Origin: Anaerovoracaceae bacterium
GTDB taxonomy: Archaea; Thermoplasmatota; Thermoplasmata; Methanomassiliicoccales; Methanomethylophilaceae
Length of the DNA stretch: 64,000 nt
Assembly: GCA_963625795.1 (NCBI GenBank)
Contig: CAVFUJ010000001.1
Span: 1,686 to 65,685 of the forward strand
Reading direction: 5' to 3'
The notes under the pieces were generated by a model that was not told where the DNA came from, did not search any database, and worked only from the letters and a program-made list of their open reading frames with translations. Every line of letters starts with the position of its first letter. Position 1 is the first letter of the stretch. The translations under genes and the position numbers were made by a program. Shown piece after piece: positions 1-8,605 of this stretch.

Positions 1-2
1 TC

Positions 3-755
3 GATGTGACCGAACCGAAAGTGAAATACTGCCCTCTGTTCAAAAAATACCGCGGAATAGACGAACTCAACTGCGAATCCGTAAGGAAAAACGTGGAATT
101 CCGTATCGAAAGTTTCGGAATGTGTAACGACAACCGCGACACCAGAATGAAGGATTTCCTCAGCTTCGGTGTCTCCGAAATGTTAAGTCTCGCCTTGGAA
201 AAAGGAATAATCGATGCGGCGGTCATCGCAGCCGACGGCTGCGGTACCGTCGTATTGGACGATCCCGAGATTATACAGGGAATGGGCGGACGTATCTCCG
301 GAATTATCGAAACGGAACCTATCGAGAAAGTCGTCAATGATATCGGCAGCGGGAGATTATTGGATCCTCTCACCGCAAAAATCGACCAATTCGAAGGTGT
401 TGCGAAAGCGTATCACATGAAATACCACACAGTGGCGGTTACCGTAGCATCCGCAAAGGACGCACAGGAAATCAGAGACAGCTTCGGTATGAACACTGTG
501 ATTATAGCAGTCCACACCACAGGTACATCCGAAGCAGATGCGAAGATACTCTTCGAAACATGTGACATCATAACATCATGCGCTTCGAAGTACATCAGAG
601 AAGTCGCCAAGACCGAAGCCGTATTGCAGGCGGGAACAAAAGTCCCGGTCTATGCGGCATCCGAGATCGGTGCGGAAATAATGAAAGCGAAGCTCGATCA
701 ACTCGGAAGAAAACCCGATACGGTTCTCGAGGAAAATCCGGAACCGTTACTCTAA
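3..755 (+). CDS. DUF2099 / methanogenesis marker protein 8-like protein (5' partial, N-terminus upstream of window)
   Basis: The frame is open to the window edge. Motifs YCPLFKKYRGI, NVEFRIESFGM, DAAVIAADGCGTV and QGMGGRISG match my recollection of the DUF2099 family. TAA stop at 753-755. Confidence 0.65.
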   Translation, partial: DVTEPKVKYCPLFKKYRGIDELNCESVRKNVEFRIESFGMCNDNRDTRMKDFLSFGVSEMLSLALEKGIIDAAVIAADGCGTVVLDDPEIIQGMGGRISGIIETEPIEKVVNDIGSGRLLDPLTAKIDQFEGVAKAYHMKYHTVAVTVASAKDAQEIRDSFGMNTVIIAVHTTGTSEADAKILFETCDIITSCASKYIREVAKTEAVLQAGTKVPVYAASEIGAEIMKAKLDQLGRKPDTVLEENPEPLL

Positions 756-1108
756 ACTCTCTCGACAACGAGGTGTGTCCCTGAGCGGAGATAAATCAGG
801 GATACACCTACCTTTCTCAGTCTTCCCCTCAGAATCTTATCGTTTGTAAGAACATATCCGCCGGTCTTAAGTGCCAGTTCTATAACGGAATTGTCTCCTG
901 TAGCTTCCGTCGGAATAATTTCGTATTTTCTCGCCAGCGTTAACGCTGCGCCGGCATATTTGTTATCGAGATGCTTTAATTCCCCTATCAAAGGTCCGGG
1001 AACGACGAATCTGACCTCTCCGAGCAGATTCTGCACGGAGAGATCGAGATTCATCCTCATCTCAAAGGGCATGAGTAATGCGTTTGTGTCCAATACGACC
1101 GTCTGCAT
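752..1108 (-). CDS. PIN-domain protein (Fcf1/VapC-like)
   Basis: 118 aa with N-terminal VVLDTNALL, then GDNSVIE and LTNDKIL, consistent with a PIN acidic-residue pattern. It lies directly downstream of rps6e-eif2g. It is the only CDS in the window that ends in TAG, and that TAG overlaps the TAA of the convergent gene. Confidence 0.7.
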   Translation of the reverse strand: MQTVVLDTNALLMPFEMRMNLDLSVQNLLGEVRFVVPGPLIGELKHLDNKYAGAALTLARKYEIIPTEATGDNSVIELALKTGGYVLTNDKILRGRLRKVGVSLIYLRSGTHLVVERV

Positions 1109-1110
1109 GA

Positions 1111-2349
1111 TTACAGCTCAACGATACCGTATCCGATAAGTCTCCATTTGTTGGAGATTCTTCTGGATATCGCTACCCTCTGACCCTCGGTAACGCATAC
1201 CGGAATCTTCAGGACGACCTGGATTGAGCCGCCTTTTCCGCTCTTGACGATACCCACGGTTGTTGCGGTACCGATGGAAAGCATCAGCGGTTCGTTGCTC
1301 TTGATCTCGTCTACCTTCAGATCGGACGCGGAACCGACCACACGGTCGAGCAGTGTCGTTCTCATGATGAAATCGTGAACCACTGCGGGCAGATGTCCGG
1401 GTACACCGACCATCCTTCCCGTAAGACCGTCCGATTTCGTGATCGACGGATCCAAAGAAGTACCGATGGAAATCAATCCTCCGGGGTTGACGGATTTCAC
1501 GGATTTTCCGCCTGCGACCAGAGATGTTACCTTTGTGGTCACTCTCTGATACACATCTTTTCCGCCCACTTCGGTCTTGATTCCGGGAACGATTTCTATC
1601 TCATCCCCTACCTTCAGCGTACCCTGAATGAGCGATCCTCCGAGGACTCCTCCTTTCAGGTCTGCCGGTACGGTACCGGGCGAGTTGATATCGAACGAAC
1701 GTGCCACGTGCATAAGCGGTGTGGCCTCGGTATCCCTCTCTACGTGCGCAACGATGTGTTCCTCGATAGCTTCGATGAGCTTGTCGATGTTGACACCTCT
1801 GTTCGCGGAGATAGGAATAACGGGTGCGTTCTCTGCAATGGTTCCCTTAACGAACTCCTTGATCTGCTTGAAGTTCTCGACAGCCTGCTCACGTGTGACA
1901 ATGTCGATTTTATTCTGCACGATGATGATTTTCTCGATACCGATGATCGATAAAGCCATCAGGTGCTCCTTGGTCTGCGGCTGAGGACATTTCTCGTTCG
2001 CAGCGACAAGAAGAATCGCACCGTCCATGAGCGCCGCTCCCGACAGCATCGTGGCCATGAGTGTTTCATGTCCGGGTGCGTCGACGAACGACACCGACTG
2101 AAGGTATTGGGTATCGGAACCGCATTTGGGACATTTGGCACTGGTGCCGTATGCTGCGGATCCTTCGCAATTGGGACATTTGTAGAAAGCTACGTCTGCA
2201 TACCCGAGTCTGATAGAGATTCCTCTCTTGACCTCTTCGGAATGACGGTCGGCCCACTCTCCGCTGAGAGCTTTGGTAAGGGTCGTCTTACCGTGGTCGA
2301 CATGCCCGATCATACCGATGTTGATCTCGGGCTGCTTTTGAACTTTCAT
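1111..2349 (-). CDS. eif2g: Translation initiation factor aIF2 gamma subunit
   Basis: GTPase motifs GHVDHGKTT, DAPGH and NKID, plus a zinc-ribbon insertion CPNC...CPKC. 412 aa. Confidence 0.95.
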   Translation of the reverse strand: MKVQKQPEINIGMIGHVDHGKTTLTKALSGEWADRHSEEVKRGISIRLGYADVAFYKCPNCEGSAAYGTSAKCPKCGSDTQYLQSVSFVDAPGHETLMATMLSGAALMDGAILLVAANEKCPQPQTKEHLMALSIIGIEKIIIVQNKIDIVTREQAVENFKQIKEFVKGTIAENAPVIPISANRGVNIDKLIEAIEEHIVAHVERDTEATPLMHVARSFDINSPGTVPADLKGGVLGGSLIQGTLKVGDEIEIVPGIKTEVGGKDVYQRVTTKVTSLVAGGKSVKSVNPGGLISIGTSLDPSITKSDGLTGRMVGVPGHLPAVVHDFIMRTTLLDRVVGSASDLKVDEIKSNEPLMLSIGTATTVGIVKSGKGGSIQVVLKIPVCVTEGQRVAISRRISNKWRLIGYGIVEL

Positions 2350-2753
2350 CAGTTCTCCGCGGAATTCTCAGCGGGTGCCGCGAGACATTCCTCGATGGAC
2401 TTCGGTCCGTATTCGGAGACTACCATGTTGATCTGAACGATCGACTGTGAAATCGTCGCTCCGCGGATTGCGACTCTCTTCCTCTGCCCGGGGTATTTCT
2501 CGTGGAAGGACTGACCGTCGGCCATAAGGAGCATTCTCCTCTTGTTACCGGGCATATCTTTCCTCATAGGTACTCCTGTGTTGTCGCTTCCGCCCGTAAT
2601 CTTGAGCTTGTAGCCGGGGAGACCCACGAAAATTCCGTCAACGATCTCTCCGAGGTTTTTACCGATCAGAGAGTTCGCGTGGTGGCCTGACACGGCAACG
2701 TTGTACGATTTGCCTGTCTTTGCGTCATTGATAATAGTTTTAAACTCTACCAT
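2349..2753 (-). CDS. rps6e: 30S ribosomal protein S6e
   Basis: 134 aa with GGSDNTGVPMR and KRRMLL motifs. One-nt TGATG overlap with eif2g. TATA-like CTTTATAAATAATATTATAA and AGGTG lie upstream. Confidence 0.9.
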   Translation of the reverse strand: MVEFKTIINDAKTGKSYNVAVSGHHANSLIGKNLGEIVDGIFVGLPGYKLKITGGSDNTGVPMRKDMPGNKRRMLLMADGQSFHEKYPGQRKRVAIRGATISQSIVQINMVVSEYGPKSIEECLAAPAENSAEN

Positions 2754-2943
2754 TTGAACACCTGTGGAGGCTGTTTATTATAATATTATTTATAAAGGTA
2801 TCTGAACGGAAATTTTCGAAAAGAACTAAAAGAGTGGGAGTGCGACGTCTAAATACACACACGAAAAACACCGCACCCCCATGTGTAGGGGAAGGAGGGC
2901 GGAAAACCGATAAACCGTTTTCCCGCCGTGTTTAAGGAAGGGT

Positions 2944-2964
2944 AGGCCGGTTTTCAGCCGGCCT
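2944..2964 (-). terminator. GC-rich hairpin after MFS gene
   Basis: AGGCCGG-TTTTCAG-CCGGCCT. Two further weaker hairpins follow, and a T5 run lies further downstream on the minus strand. Confidence 0.4.
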
Positions 2965-2973
2965 CAATGGATT

Positions 2974-4275
2974 TTACTCCTTCTGTTTCTCAACACTGAG
3001 GAATGCGCACACACATGCGACAACCATCATGATGAAGGCTGCCATCCAAAGTGTCTTGAATGAAGTTGCTTCCACAATGGGTCCCGAAATCAGTGCGAGA
3101 ATCGCACCTCCCGCGAACGGGAAGAGGTTCAGTGCAGCTGTGGATGTTCCGGCCATTGCGATGGGGTACAGCTCCTTGATCTGCGCATAGGATACAACGA
3201 AGAATCCTCCGAAGAATCCGAAGCAGAAGTTGATGATGTACTGGTATGTGGTGTTGCTGACGAAGTCAACGTTATCACCGGTGAGCCAGATGACTGCCCA
3301 TACCAATGTGTACAGGACTGTACCGATAATGATGACTTTCTTCCTCGAACCGAGTACTTTATCGGAAAGCCTTCCTGCGAGGGGGCATCCGATAACCATT
3401 CCCACTCCGACCATTGTGATGAACATGGCGTATGTTTCACTGCTCAGACCGCCGACATCCTTGTAGAAGGAACCGGCCTGCGAAGCCTGCCAGAGCATGA
3501 TGGTACCGTACATGAAGAAGAACCAAATAGCCAGAGGCCAGAATTTCATTCCGCTTGTGAATGTAAGTTTGAGTGCTTCCGTGGTTCCCATCTTTGCGGA
3601 TGTGGATTCCTTGATAGGTTCTCCCGTTTCCTCTGCGACGATTTCCTCGATTCCGGGAAGACCCATCTCGCTGGGGTGGTTCCTGACGAATACCCAGGTA
3701 AGGATACCGATAACAACGGTGACACCCGTGAGGATGAAGTATGTGTCGGCAAATCCGAGGTTCTGAATCAACAAAACCATGGGTGTTGCGGCTGCGATAC
3801 CTCCGACGTTACCGACAAGGAGGAGCACTCCGCTCATGGATGCGAACTCATTCTTCCTGAACCAAACAGCCAGGACCTTCATAATCGGGATGTAGATAAC
3901 AGCCGCACCGATACCGATGATGAACTTACCGACCCACATCAGGGGGTAGCTCTTAATCGATTCGAGGGATGAAACCGCACACAATGCGGAACCTGCCGCA
4001 AGAAGGATAATGAAGATTGTAGCCGCTTTTCTCGGGCCCATCTTATCCGTCAGCACTCCGCTCGGGATCTGCATCAGAGTGTATGCCCATAGGTAAGCGG
4101 ATGCAAGCATTCCGACTTCCGACTTTGTAATATCGAACCAAGACTGCATCTCTCCGGAGATAGCACCTCCGGTGGTCCTGTGGAAATACACGAAGAAGTA
4201 CGCAATAGCCAGGGTAACGAAAACTACCCAGCGGTACTTCAGGACCTTCGCCTTTTTCTCTGCTTCAATTGCCAT
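2974..4275 (-). CDS. MFS transporter (organic-anion ACS/OPA-like N-terminal signature)
   Basis: 433 aa with about 12 hydrophobic segments. The N-terminal YFFVYFHRTTGG...LWAYTLMQIPSGVLTDKMGPRK resembles anion-type MFS permeases. Confidence 0.85.
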   Translation of the reverse strand: MAIEAEKKAKVLKYRWVVFVTLAIAYFFVYFHRTTGGAISGEMQSWFDITKSEVGMLASAYLWAYTLMQIPSGVLTDKMGPRKAATIFIILLAAGSALCAVSSLESIKSYPLMWVGKFIIGIGAAVIYIPIMKVLAVWFRKNEFASMSGVLLLVGNVGGIAAATPMVLLIQNLGFADTYFILTGVTVVIGILTWVFVRNHPSEMGLPGIEEIVAEETGEPIKESTSAKMGTTEALKLTFTSGMKFWPLAIWFFFMYGTIMLWQASQAGSFYKDVGGLSSETYAMFITMVGVGMVIGCPLAGRLSDKVLGSRKKVIIIGTVLYTLVWAVIWLTGDNVDFVSNTTYQYIINFCFGFFGGFFVVSYAQIKELYPIAMAGTSTAALNLFPFAGGAILALISGPIVEATSFKTLWMAAFIMMVVACVCAFLSVEKQKE

Positions 4276-4293
4276 AAGTTATTCCTCTGTCTC

Positions 4294-4312
4294 GGGCAAA
4301 GACTTAAGGAAC
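4294..4312 (+). promoter_or_regulatory. 19-nt conserved motif GGGCAAAGACTTAAGGAAC (partner on minus strand at 6171-6189)
   Basis: It matches the reverse complement of 6171-6189 (GGGCAAAGACTTTAGGAAC) at 18 of 19 positions. It lies in the predicted 5' leader of the MFS gene, in antisense orientation. Confidence 0.5.
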
Positions 4313-4356
4313 AATGTACGGAAATTGAAACAGAGTCGTGTTGATATAATAAGATG

Positions 4357-4373
4357 TACGAACATGTTCGATT
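4357..4373. promoter_or_regulatory. Candidate operator: TACGAACATGTTCGATT (core 12-bp perfect palindrome CGAACATGTTCG), copy 1
   Basis: It is identical to the 17-mer at 6226-6242 and lies 7 nt from the AT-rich TTGATATAAT box (4341-4350), in the divergent MFS/regulator intergenic region. Confidence 0.6.
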
Positions 4374-4413
4374 TGCTCGATTCTTTTATTTATTCTCTGC
4401 CCTATTCGGACAT

Positions 4414-5097
4414 ATGCACCAGACCAAAATGTTGGTTGACAGAAGAATCGAAGGGAAATTACCGGACGGACACCCGTGTCATATGCTCCTCCCGATCAAC
4501 TGCTTCAGCCACGACAGGAAGGTAGAGATTGTTCAGTGCTCCTCTCTGAGCGACGGTGCAGGGTACTCGCTGATTAAGATTACGGATCCCACCAAAGAGT
4601 TGGATAAGTACTGCGGACCCACACATGAGGTCAATCTGATGGGCGAGTGTTCAATCATAAGAACGGGAAACGGTCAGTATCTCGCCACGATTCTGAACGT
4701 CAACTGCAAATTAGCCAGAGTGGCATCCGACTCGGGTTGTTTCATAACCTCCGCAATACCTCTCAACGACGATATCATCGAATGGATCGTCATCGCACCG
4801 AACAAGACGCTTATCAAGAATCTCATCAACAGAATGCGTGACGGAGGATATTACGTATCATCCCTTTATTCCGCTGAATTGGAATACAGTTACAGCCTCA
4901 CACCCAAACAGGAGGAAGTCATACGCTATGCGTTCGAAAACGGCTACTACGAAGTGCCCAAGAGAATCACAACAGAAGACCTCTGCGATAAGTTCGGCTG
5001 TTCCAAATCGACGATGTCCGTACTGATACGCGACGCCGAGAAAAACATCATAAAATATTATCTGGACCTCGGAAGAGGCCGTATATCCAAAAGATGA
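4414..5097 (+). CDS. Bat/Msr-like transcriptional regulator with C-terminal HTH_10 domain
   Basis: The C-terminus LTPKQEEVIRYAFENGYYEVPKRITTEDLCDKFGCSKSTMSVLIRDAEKNII is a typical HTH_10 (bacterio-opsin activator type) domain. The ORF is open from 4354, but that ATG lies inside the promoter palindrome, so ATG 4414 or 4429 is the more likely start. Confidence 0.7.
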   Translation: MHQTKMLVDRRIEGKLPDGHPCHMLLPINCFSHDRKVEIVQCSSLSDGAGYSLIKITDPTKELDKYCGPTHEVNLMGECSIIRTGNGQYLATILNVNCKLARVASDSGCFITSAIPLNDDIIEWIVIAPNKTLIKNLINRMRDGGYYVSSLYSAELEYSYSLTPKQEEVIRYAFENGYYEVPKRITTEDLCDKFGCSKSTMSVLIRDAEKNIIKYYLDLGRGRISKR

Positions 5098-5115
5098 CGG
5101 GGTGTAACCCCCGTC
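5096..5115. terminator. Bidirectional hairpin between convergent regulator and MtaA-like genes
   Basis: GACGGGG-TGTAAC-CCCCGTC is flanked by T-runs on both strands (TGTTTGGTTTTATTT on plus, ATCTTTTGG on minus). Confidence 0.55.
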
Positions 5116-5124
5116 TGTTTGGTT

Positions 5125-6168
5125 TTATTTCTTGTAGTTGACGATTGCGTCAACCATTGCGCGGACATTCTCCTGCTTGATGAGTGCGGACATACCGCAG
5201 CCTGCGGAGATGATGTTGAATCCTGCGTCTGCGCTGTGCAGTGCAGCCTTCCTGACATCCTCAGGCGTTCCCATAAGCAGAGGCTTGACGACTCCGACGT
5301 TTCCGACAAGTGCCGCCCTCTTGTTCGCAAGCTTTACAGCTTCCGCAGAGTCGGTCTTCTCCTCAAGCGAACATGCAGTCGCACCGGACTGAATCATGTT
5401 CTCCAGCATCGGAAGCATGTTACCGCAGATGTGAAGAACTTTCATGGTCTTCTTCAGCGGTTTGTATACTTTCTTCAGGTTGGGGAGTGCGTACTCATCG
5501 AACATATCCGGGGAAATCATATCCCAGGACGCTGTCGGTTCAGACATCTGAATACTGTCGATTCCGATTCCCTCGACGTACTCGAGCCACATCTTTTCGT
5601 ATGCAGCCGCATAGTCGGAGAATTTCTTTGCCATGTCCGGCTCCGTGATGGTCCACAGAATCAGGTTCTCGGTACCTACCAGGTGACCTGCGATGGTGAA
5701 CGGTCCCGTAACTCCGAGCAGTGTGGGAAGGTCTTCCTTCCTCTCCTTGATGATCAGGTCTGCGGCTTCCAGAATTGCCTGGTTCCTCGGGATCTTGAGC
5801 ATCTCCTCGGGGCTCATAAGTTCCAAATCCGCATCGATGTTGTCCTTGAACGGGTTGCTCTTGACCATCGGTGTCGAGTTTTTCTTACCGAAGTCAATCT
5901 TGCATCCCAATGCTTCCGCCTCATAAGTGAGACAGTACGGAACCCTGACGGATTCCAATCCGAGGAACTCGTACGCACCGAGTGCGATCTTCGCCATCTG
6001 TTTTCCGCTGTGGTGTGCCTCAGGCCACCATGCGCTTACATGGTCCATCAGTTCTACAGTTGCTGTAGTGGTCATACCGCAGACCGGAGGCCTGTCGGTT
6101 TCTTCGCAATTCATTGCTTTGAAGAATCTTTCCCTAGGTGTTATTCCCAATGTACTCACCTCAATCAA
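5125..6168 (-). CDS. MtaA/MtbA-family methylcobamide:CoM methyltransferase (uroporphyrinogen decarboxylase fold)
   Basis: 347 aa. The N-terminus TPRERFFKAMNCEETDRPPVCGMTTTATVELMD is MtaA-like. The Zn-ligand pattern is retained (LHICGN, AGCGMS). Apparent TTG start at 6168 is preceded by AGGA. Confidence 0.8.
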   Translation of the reverse strand: MIEVSTLGITPRERFFKAMNCEETDRPPVCGMTTTATVELMDHVSAWWPEAHHSGKQMAKIALGAYEFLGLESVRVPYCLTYEAEALGCKIDFGKKNSTPMVKSNPFKDNIDADLELMSPEEMLKIPRNQAILEAADLIIKERKEDLPTLLGVTGPFTIAGHLVGTENLILWTITEPDMAKKFSDYAAAYEKMWLEYVEGIGIDSIQMSEPTASWDMISPDMFDEYALPNLKKVYKPLKKTMKVLHICGNMLPMLENMIQSGATACSLEEKTDSAEAVKLANKRAALVGNVGVVKPLLMGTPEDVRKAALHSADAGFNIISAGCGMSALIKQENVRAMVDAIVNYKK

Positions 6169-6170
6169 CT

Positions 6171-6189
6171 GTTCCTAAAGTCTTTGCCC
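6171..6189 (-). promoter_or_regulatory. 19-nt conserved motif GGGCAAAGACTTTAGGAAC forming the 5' leader/RBS of the MtaA-like gene
   Basis: It ends 2 nt before the TTG start at 6168 and contains AGGA. Confidence 0.5.
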
Positions 6190-6225
6190 GGAAAACAAAT
6201 CGATTGATGTGATTATAATCCATTA

Positions 6226-6242
6226 TACGAACATGTTCGATT
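6226..6242. promoter_or_regulatory. Candidate operator: TACGAACATGTTCGATT, copy 2 (upstream of MtaA-like gene)
   Basis: It is identical to the 17-mer at 4357-4373 and lies 6 nt from GATTATAATC (6211-6220). Confidence 0.6.
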
Positions 6243-6259
6243 CGGGATTTTCGGAGGGA

Positions 6260-8047
6260 TTACATTCCCCAGAACGGGTCCGTTTTCCTCTTGATTTCGA
6301 GATATTCCTGCAAAGTCATTCTCTCGTCCTCGTTGAGTTCGGCTCTGTTCTGAAGTTCTTTGATGGTAGATTCCAACAATTCGACGTAAATCACGTCTTC
6401 TACGTCGATCTGCCTTCCGACGGTGACACCGTCGATTGCCATTGCAACCTCGTCTCCCTGAGAAGCGTCTTTGAGAACTTCCTCTCCGTCACGGAGACTT
6501 CTGACCTTACCTGCATCGGAACCGTCTCTCTTGATAAGTCTGAGATTGGCTCTGACTTTACCTGCAAGCACACGGACACCTACGATTGCGGGCTTGGTTG
6601 CATGGAAAACGCAGTTGGGCATAATCATGAATTTTGCGGGGAACGGCATCTCCATCCTCTGATCTGCATCCTTAGCTCTCTTTGCTTCGTCGACCCATTC
6701 CTGATATTCCTCAATGAGTCTGTAAACAACCTGATTGCTGAAGAGTTTCACACCTGTGTTGGAAATCTCCGTTTCCGCTTCTTTCGAAACGTTTGCGTTG
6801 AACACAAGCATAACTCTGTTCATTGGATCGGTGAATGCGGCGGTTTCGACTACATCTCTTCTTGAGACTTCGCCTACGCCGTATTTTCTTATCGGGATAC
6901 CTGCGGCTTTGGCCTCAAATGCCAACGCTTCCAATGATCCGATTGCGTCCGCTTTGATTGTTATTCCCTGGTCCTGTACTTCGATCTTGACGGATGCCTC
7001 TTCCTTCATCTCTTTGATCGAAGGATCTTTTGCATTCTTGATTACCCTGATCGGAGCGCCGGCGATAACTCCGTCCATGTTCTGACATGAGAGTTTTACA
7101 CCTGCGGCTGCATGCAATTCGTTTACCGAATCGAAACGATCCCTCGGATCTCTGATTTCGTCCAAAGGCTTGGGTTTGAGAATCGCTTTTACTCTTGTGA
7201 CAATAGGTTCTCCCCTTGTTCCCAATGCGACGGTATCTCCTTTCTTCAGAACTCCGTCGTAAAGAATCATGTCAAGAGTCTTTCCGAGTCCTTTTTCTTC
7301 TTTAATCTCAAGAATGGTTCCTCTTCCGGGACCTTCGGCTTTCGCCAACTGTGTTTCGAGGAAACGCTGAGCCAAACCGATGAGCATCAGAAGAAGATCG
7401 GGAAGACCGATTCCTTCTTTCGCACTGATCGGAACCAATGCCACGGCTTTGGTGAAATCGTCAATCCTGTCATACCTGTCGGAACTGATTCCGTGTGTGG
7501 AAAGATCTCCCATGATGGCGTACATTCTTTCCTCGAATGCCGCAATCGTGTGAGCCTGCTGTTTCTTTTCATTGAGAACGAAAGGTGCATCCTTTTCGGG
7601 AATCCAGCCCTGAATTGCATCGATTTTGTTAAGTGCGATGATGAACGGCGTCTTGTACTGCCTCAGAATCTTTATCGATTCGATTGTCTGAGGCATGATA
7701 CCTTCCCTGATATCGATGACGAGTACGGCGATGTCTGCGAGGGAACCTCCCCTCGCCCTGAGGGTGATGAACGAATGATGTCCCGGAGTGTCGATAAACA
7801 ACAGTCCGGGTACGTCGAATTTCTTCTTTCCGATAAGCGGTCCGCACACTTTGTAAATGTGATCGATCGGAACCTCGGTAGCACCGATGTGCTGCGTAAT
7901 CGCACCGGCTTCTCTCGCCTGAACGGATGTTCCTCTGATTGCGTCGAGAAGTTTTGTCTTTCCGTGGTCCACATGTCCCAATACACTTACAACAGGTTGC
8001 CTTATCGCCATTACATCACCTAACATCTTCGGGTTATGTGGTCGCAT
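6260..8047 (-). CDS. infB: Translation initiation factor aIF5B (IF-2)
   Basis: 595 aa with GHVDHGKT, DTPGH and NKID motifs. TATA-like TTATTATTATAAGG lies about 25-35 nt upstream, so the mRNA may be leaderless. Confidence 0.95.
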   Translation of the reverse strand: MRPHNPKMLGDVMAIRQPVVSVLGHVDHGKTKLLDAIRGTSVQAREAGAITQHIGATEVPIDHIYKVCGPLIGKKKFDVPGLLFIDTPGHHSFITLRARGGSLADIAVLVIDIREGIMPQTIESIKILRQYKTPFIIALNKIDAIQGWIPEKDAPFVLNEKKQQAHTIAAFEERMYAIMGDLSTHGISSDRYDRIDDFTKAVALVPISAKEGIGLPDLLLMLIGLAQRFLETQLAKAEGPGRGTILEIKEEKGLGKTLDMILYDGVLKKGDTVALGTRGEPIVTRVKAILKPKPLDEIRDPRDRFDSVNELHAAAGVKLSCQNMDGVIAGAPIRVIKNAKDPSIKEMKEEASVKIEVQDQGITIKADAIGSLEALAFEAKAAGIPIRKYGVGEVSRRDVVETAAFTDPMNRVMLVFNANVSKEAETEISNTGVKLFSNQVVYRLIEEYQEWVDEAKRAKDADQRMEMPFPAKFMIMPNCVFHATKPAIVGVRVLAGKVRANLRLIKRDGSDAGKVRSLRDGEEVLKDASQGDEVAMAIDGVTVGRQIDVEDVIYVELLESTIKELQNRAELNEDERMTLQEYLEIKRKTDPFWGM

Positions 8048-8105
8048 AATATAGGCGTTTGGGAATGGAATGTCCTTATAATAATAAGAAAAGAGAAATG
8101 TGTGT

Positions 8106-8129
8106 GCGGAGGGTTGTTACGCCCTCCGC
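8106..8129 (-). terminator. Hairpin after ndk (end of rpl7ae-rps28e-rpl24e-ndk operon)
   Basis: GCGGAGGG-TTGTTACG-CCCTCCGC is followed on the minus strand by TTTCTCTTTTCTT. Confidence 0.55.
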
Positions 8130-8140
8130 GTGAAATGTAT

Positions 8141-8605
8141 TTACTCGTAGGTCCACTTGTCGAGTGTTCTGTCGTAGGAACAGAGCTCTTCGGGTTTGAA
8201 GAAGATACCGATCTCCCTCTTTGCGGACTCGGGTGAATCGGAACCGTGGATGATGTTCACGCCTGTAACCATTCCGTAGTCTCCGCGGATGGTTCCGGGT
8301 GCGGACTCCTGAGGGTTCGTCTTTCCCATGATGTTCCTGCAGACCTGTACCGCGTTGTCACCCTCCCAGACCATCGCAAGGACGGGTCCGGATGTGATGT
8401 ATGCGATAAGGGAGTCGTAGAACTTCTTTCCCTTGTGCTCGCCGTAGTGAATCTCTGCGGTCTCTTTGGGGATGACCATGAGCTTCATGGCTATGAGCTT
8501 GAGGCCTTTCTTCTCGAAGCGTGTGACGATCTCACCGCAGAGTCCTCTCTGGACTGCGTCGGGTTTGATCATGAGATAGGTCTGTTCCATTGCCATGGAA
8601 TTCAC
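8141..8605 (-). CDS. ndk: Nucleoside diphosphate kinase
   Basis: [21 protein letters not shown] and a catalytic His context. ATGA overlap with rpl24e. Confidence 0.95.
   Translation of the reverse strand: MNSMAMEQTYLMIKPDAVQRGLCGEIVTRFEKKGLKLIAMKLMVIPKETAEIHYGEHKGKKFYDSLIAYITSGPVLAMVWEGDNAVQVCRNIMGKTNPQESAPGTIRGDYGMVTGVNIIHGSDSPESAKREIGIFFKPEELCSYDRTLDKWTYE

Noticed and set aside
752-754. TAG of the PIN-domain gene as a pyrrolysine read-through site.
   Set aside because: 118 aa is a normal PIN length. The downstream in-frame sequence runs antisense through the DUF2099 gene and shows nothing protein-like. The TAG is explained by the overlap with the convergent TAA.
4354-4413. ATG 4354 as the start of the HTH_10 regulator (track ORF), and the mini-ORF ATG-TAC-GGA-AAT-TGA at 4314-4328.
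   Set aside because: ATG 4354 sits between the TATA-like box and the palindromic operator, so it is probably upstream of or at the TSS. The extra N-terminal residues (MYEHVRFARFFYLFSALFGH) look non-native. The 4-codon ORF is too short to take seriously.
5119-6207. Long ORFs antisense to well-supported genes. Examples are 5119-6207(+), 6209-6865(+), 7112-8023(+), 17709-18146(-), 28355-29089(+), 29775-30734(-), 39320-40009(-), 44960-45796(-), 50330-50836(-) and 55211-55930(+).
   Set aside because: Each lies fully opposite a CDS with clear family motifs. Their translations are Arg/His/Cys/Ser-rich with no recognisable domains. They cross gene boundaries (44960-45796 spans two genes). They are the expected shadow ORFs of codon-biased genes.
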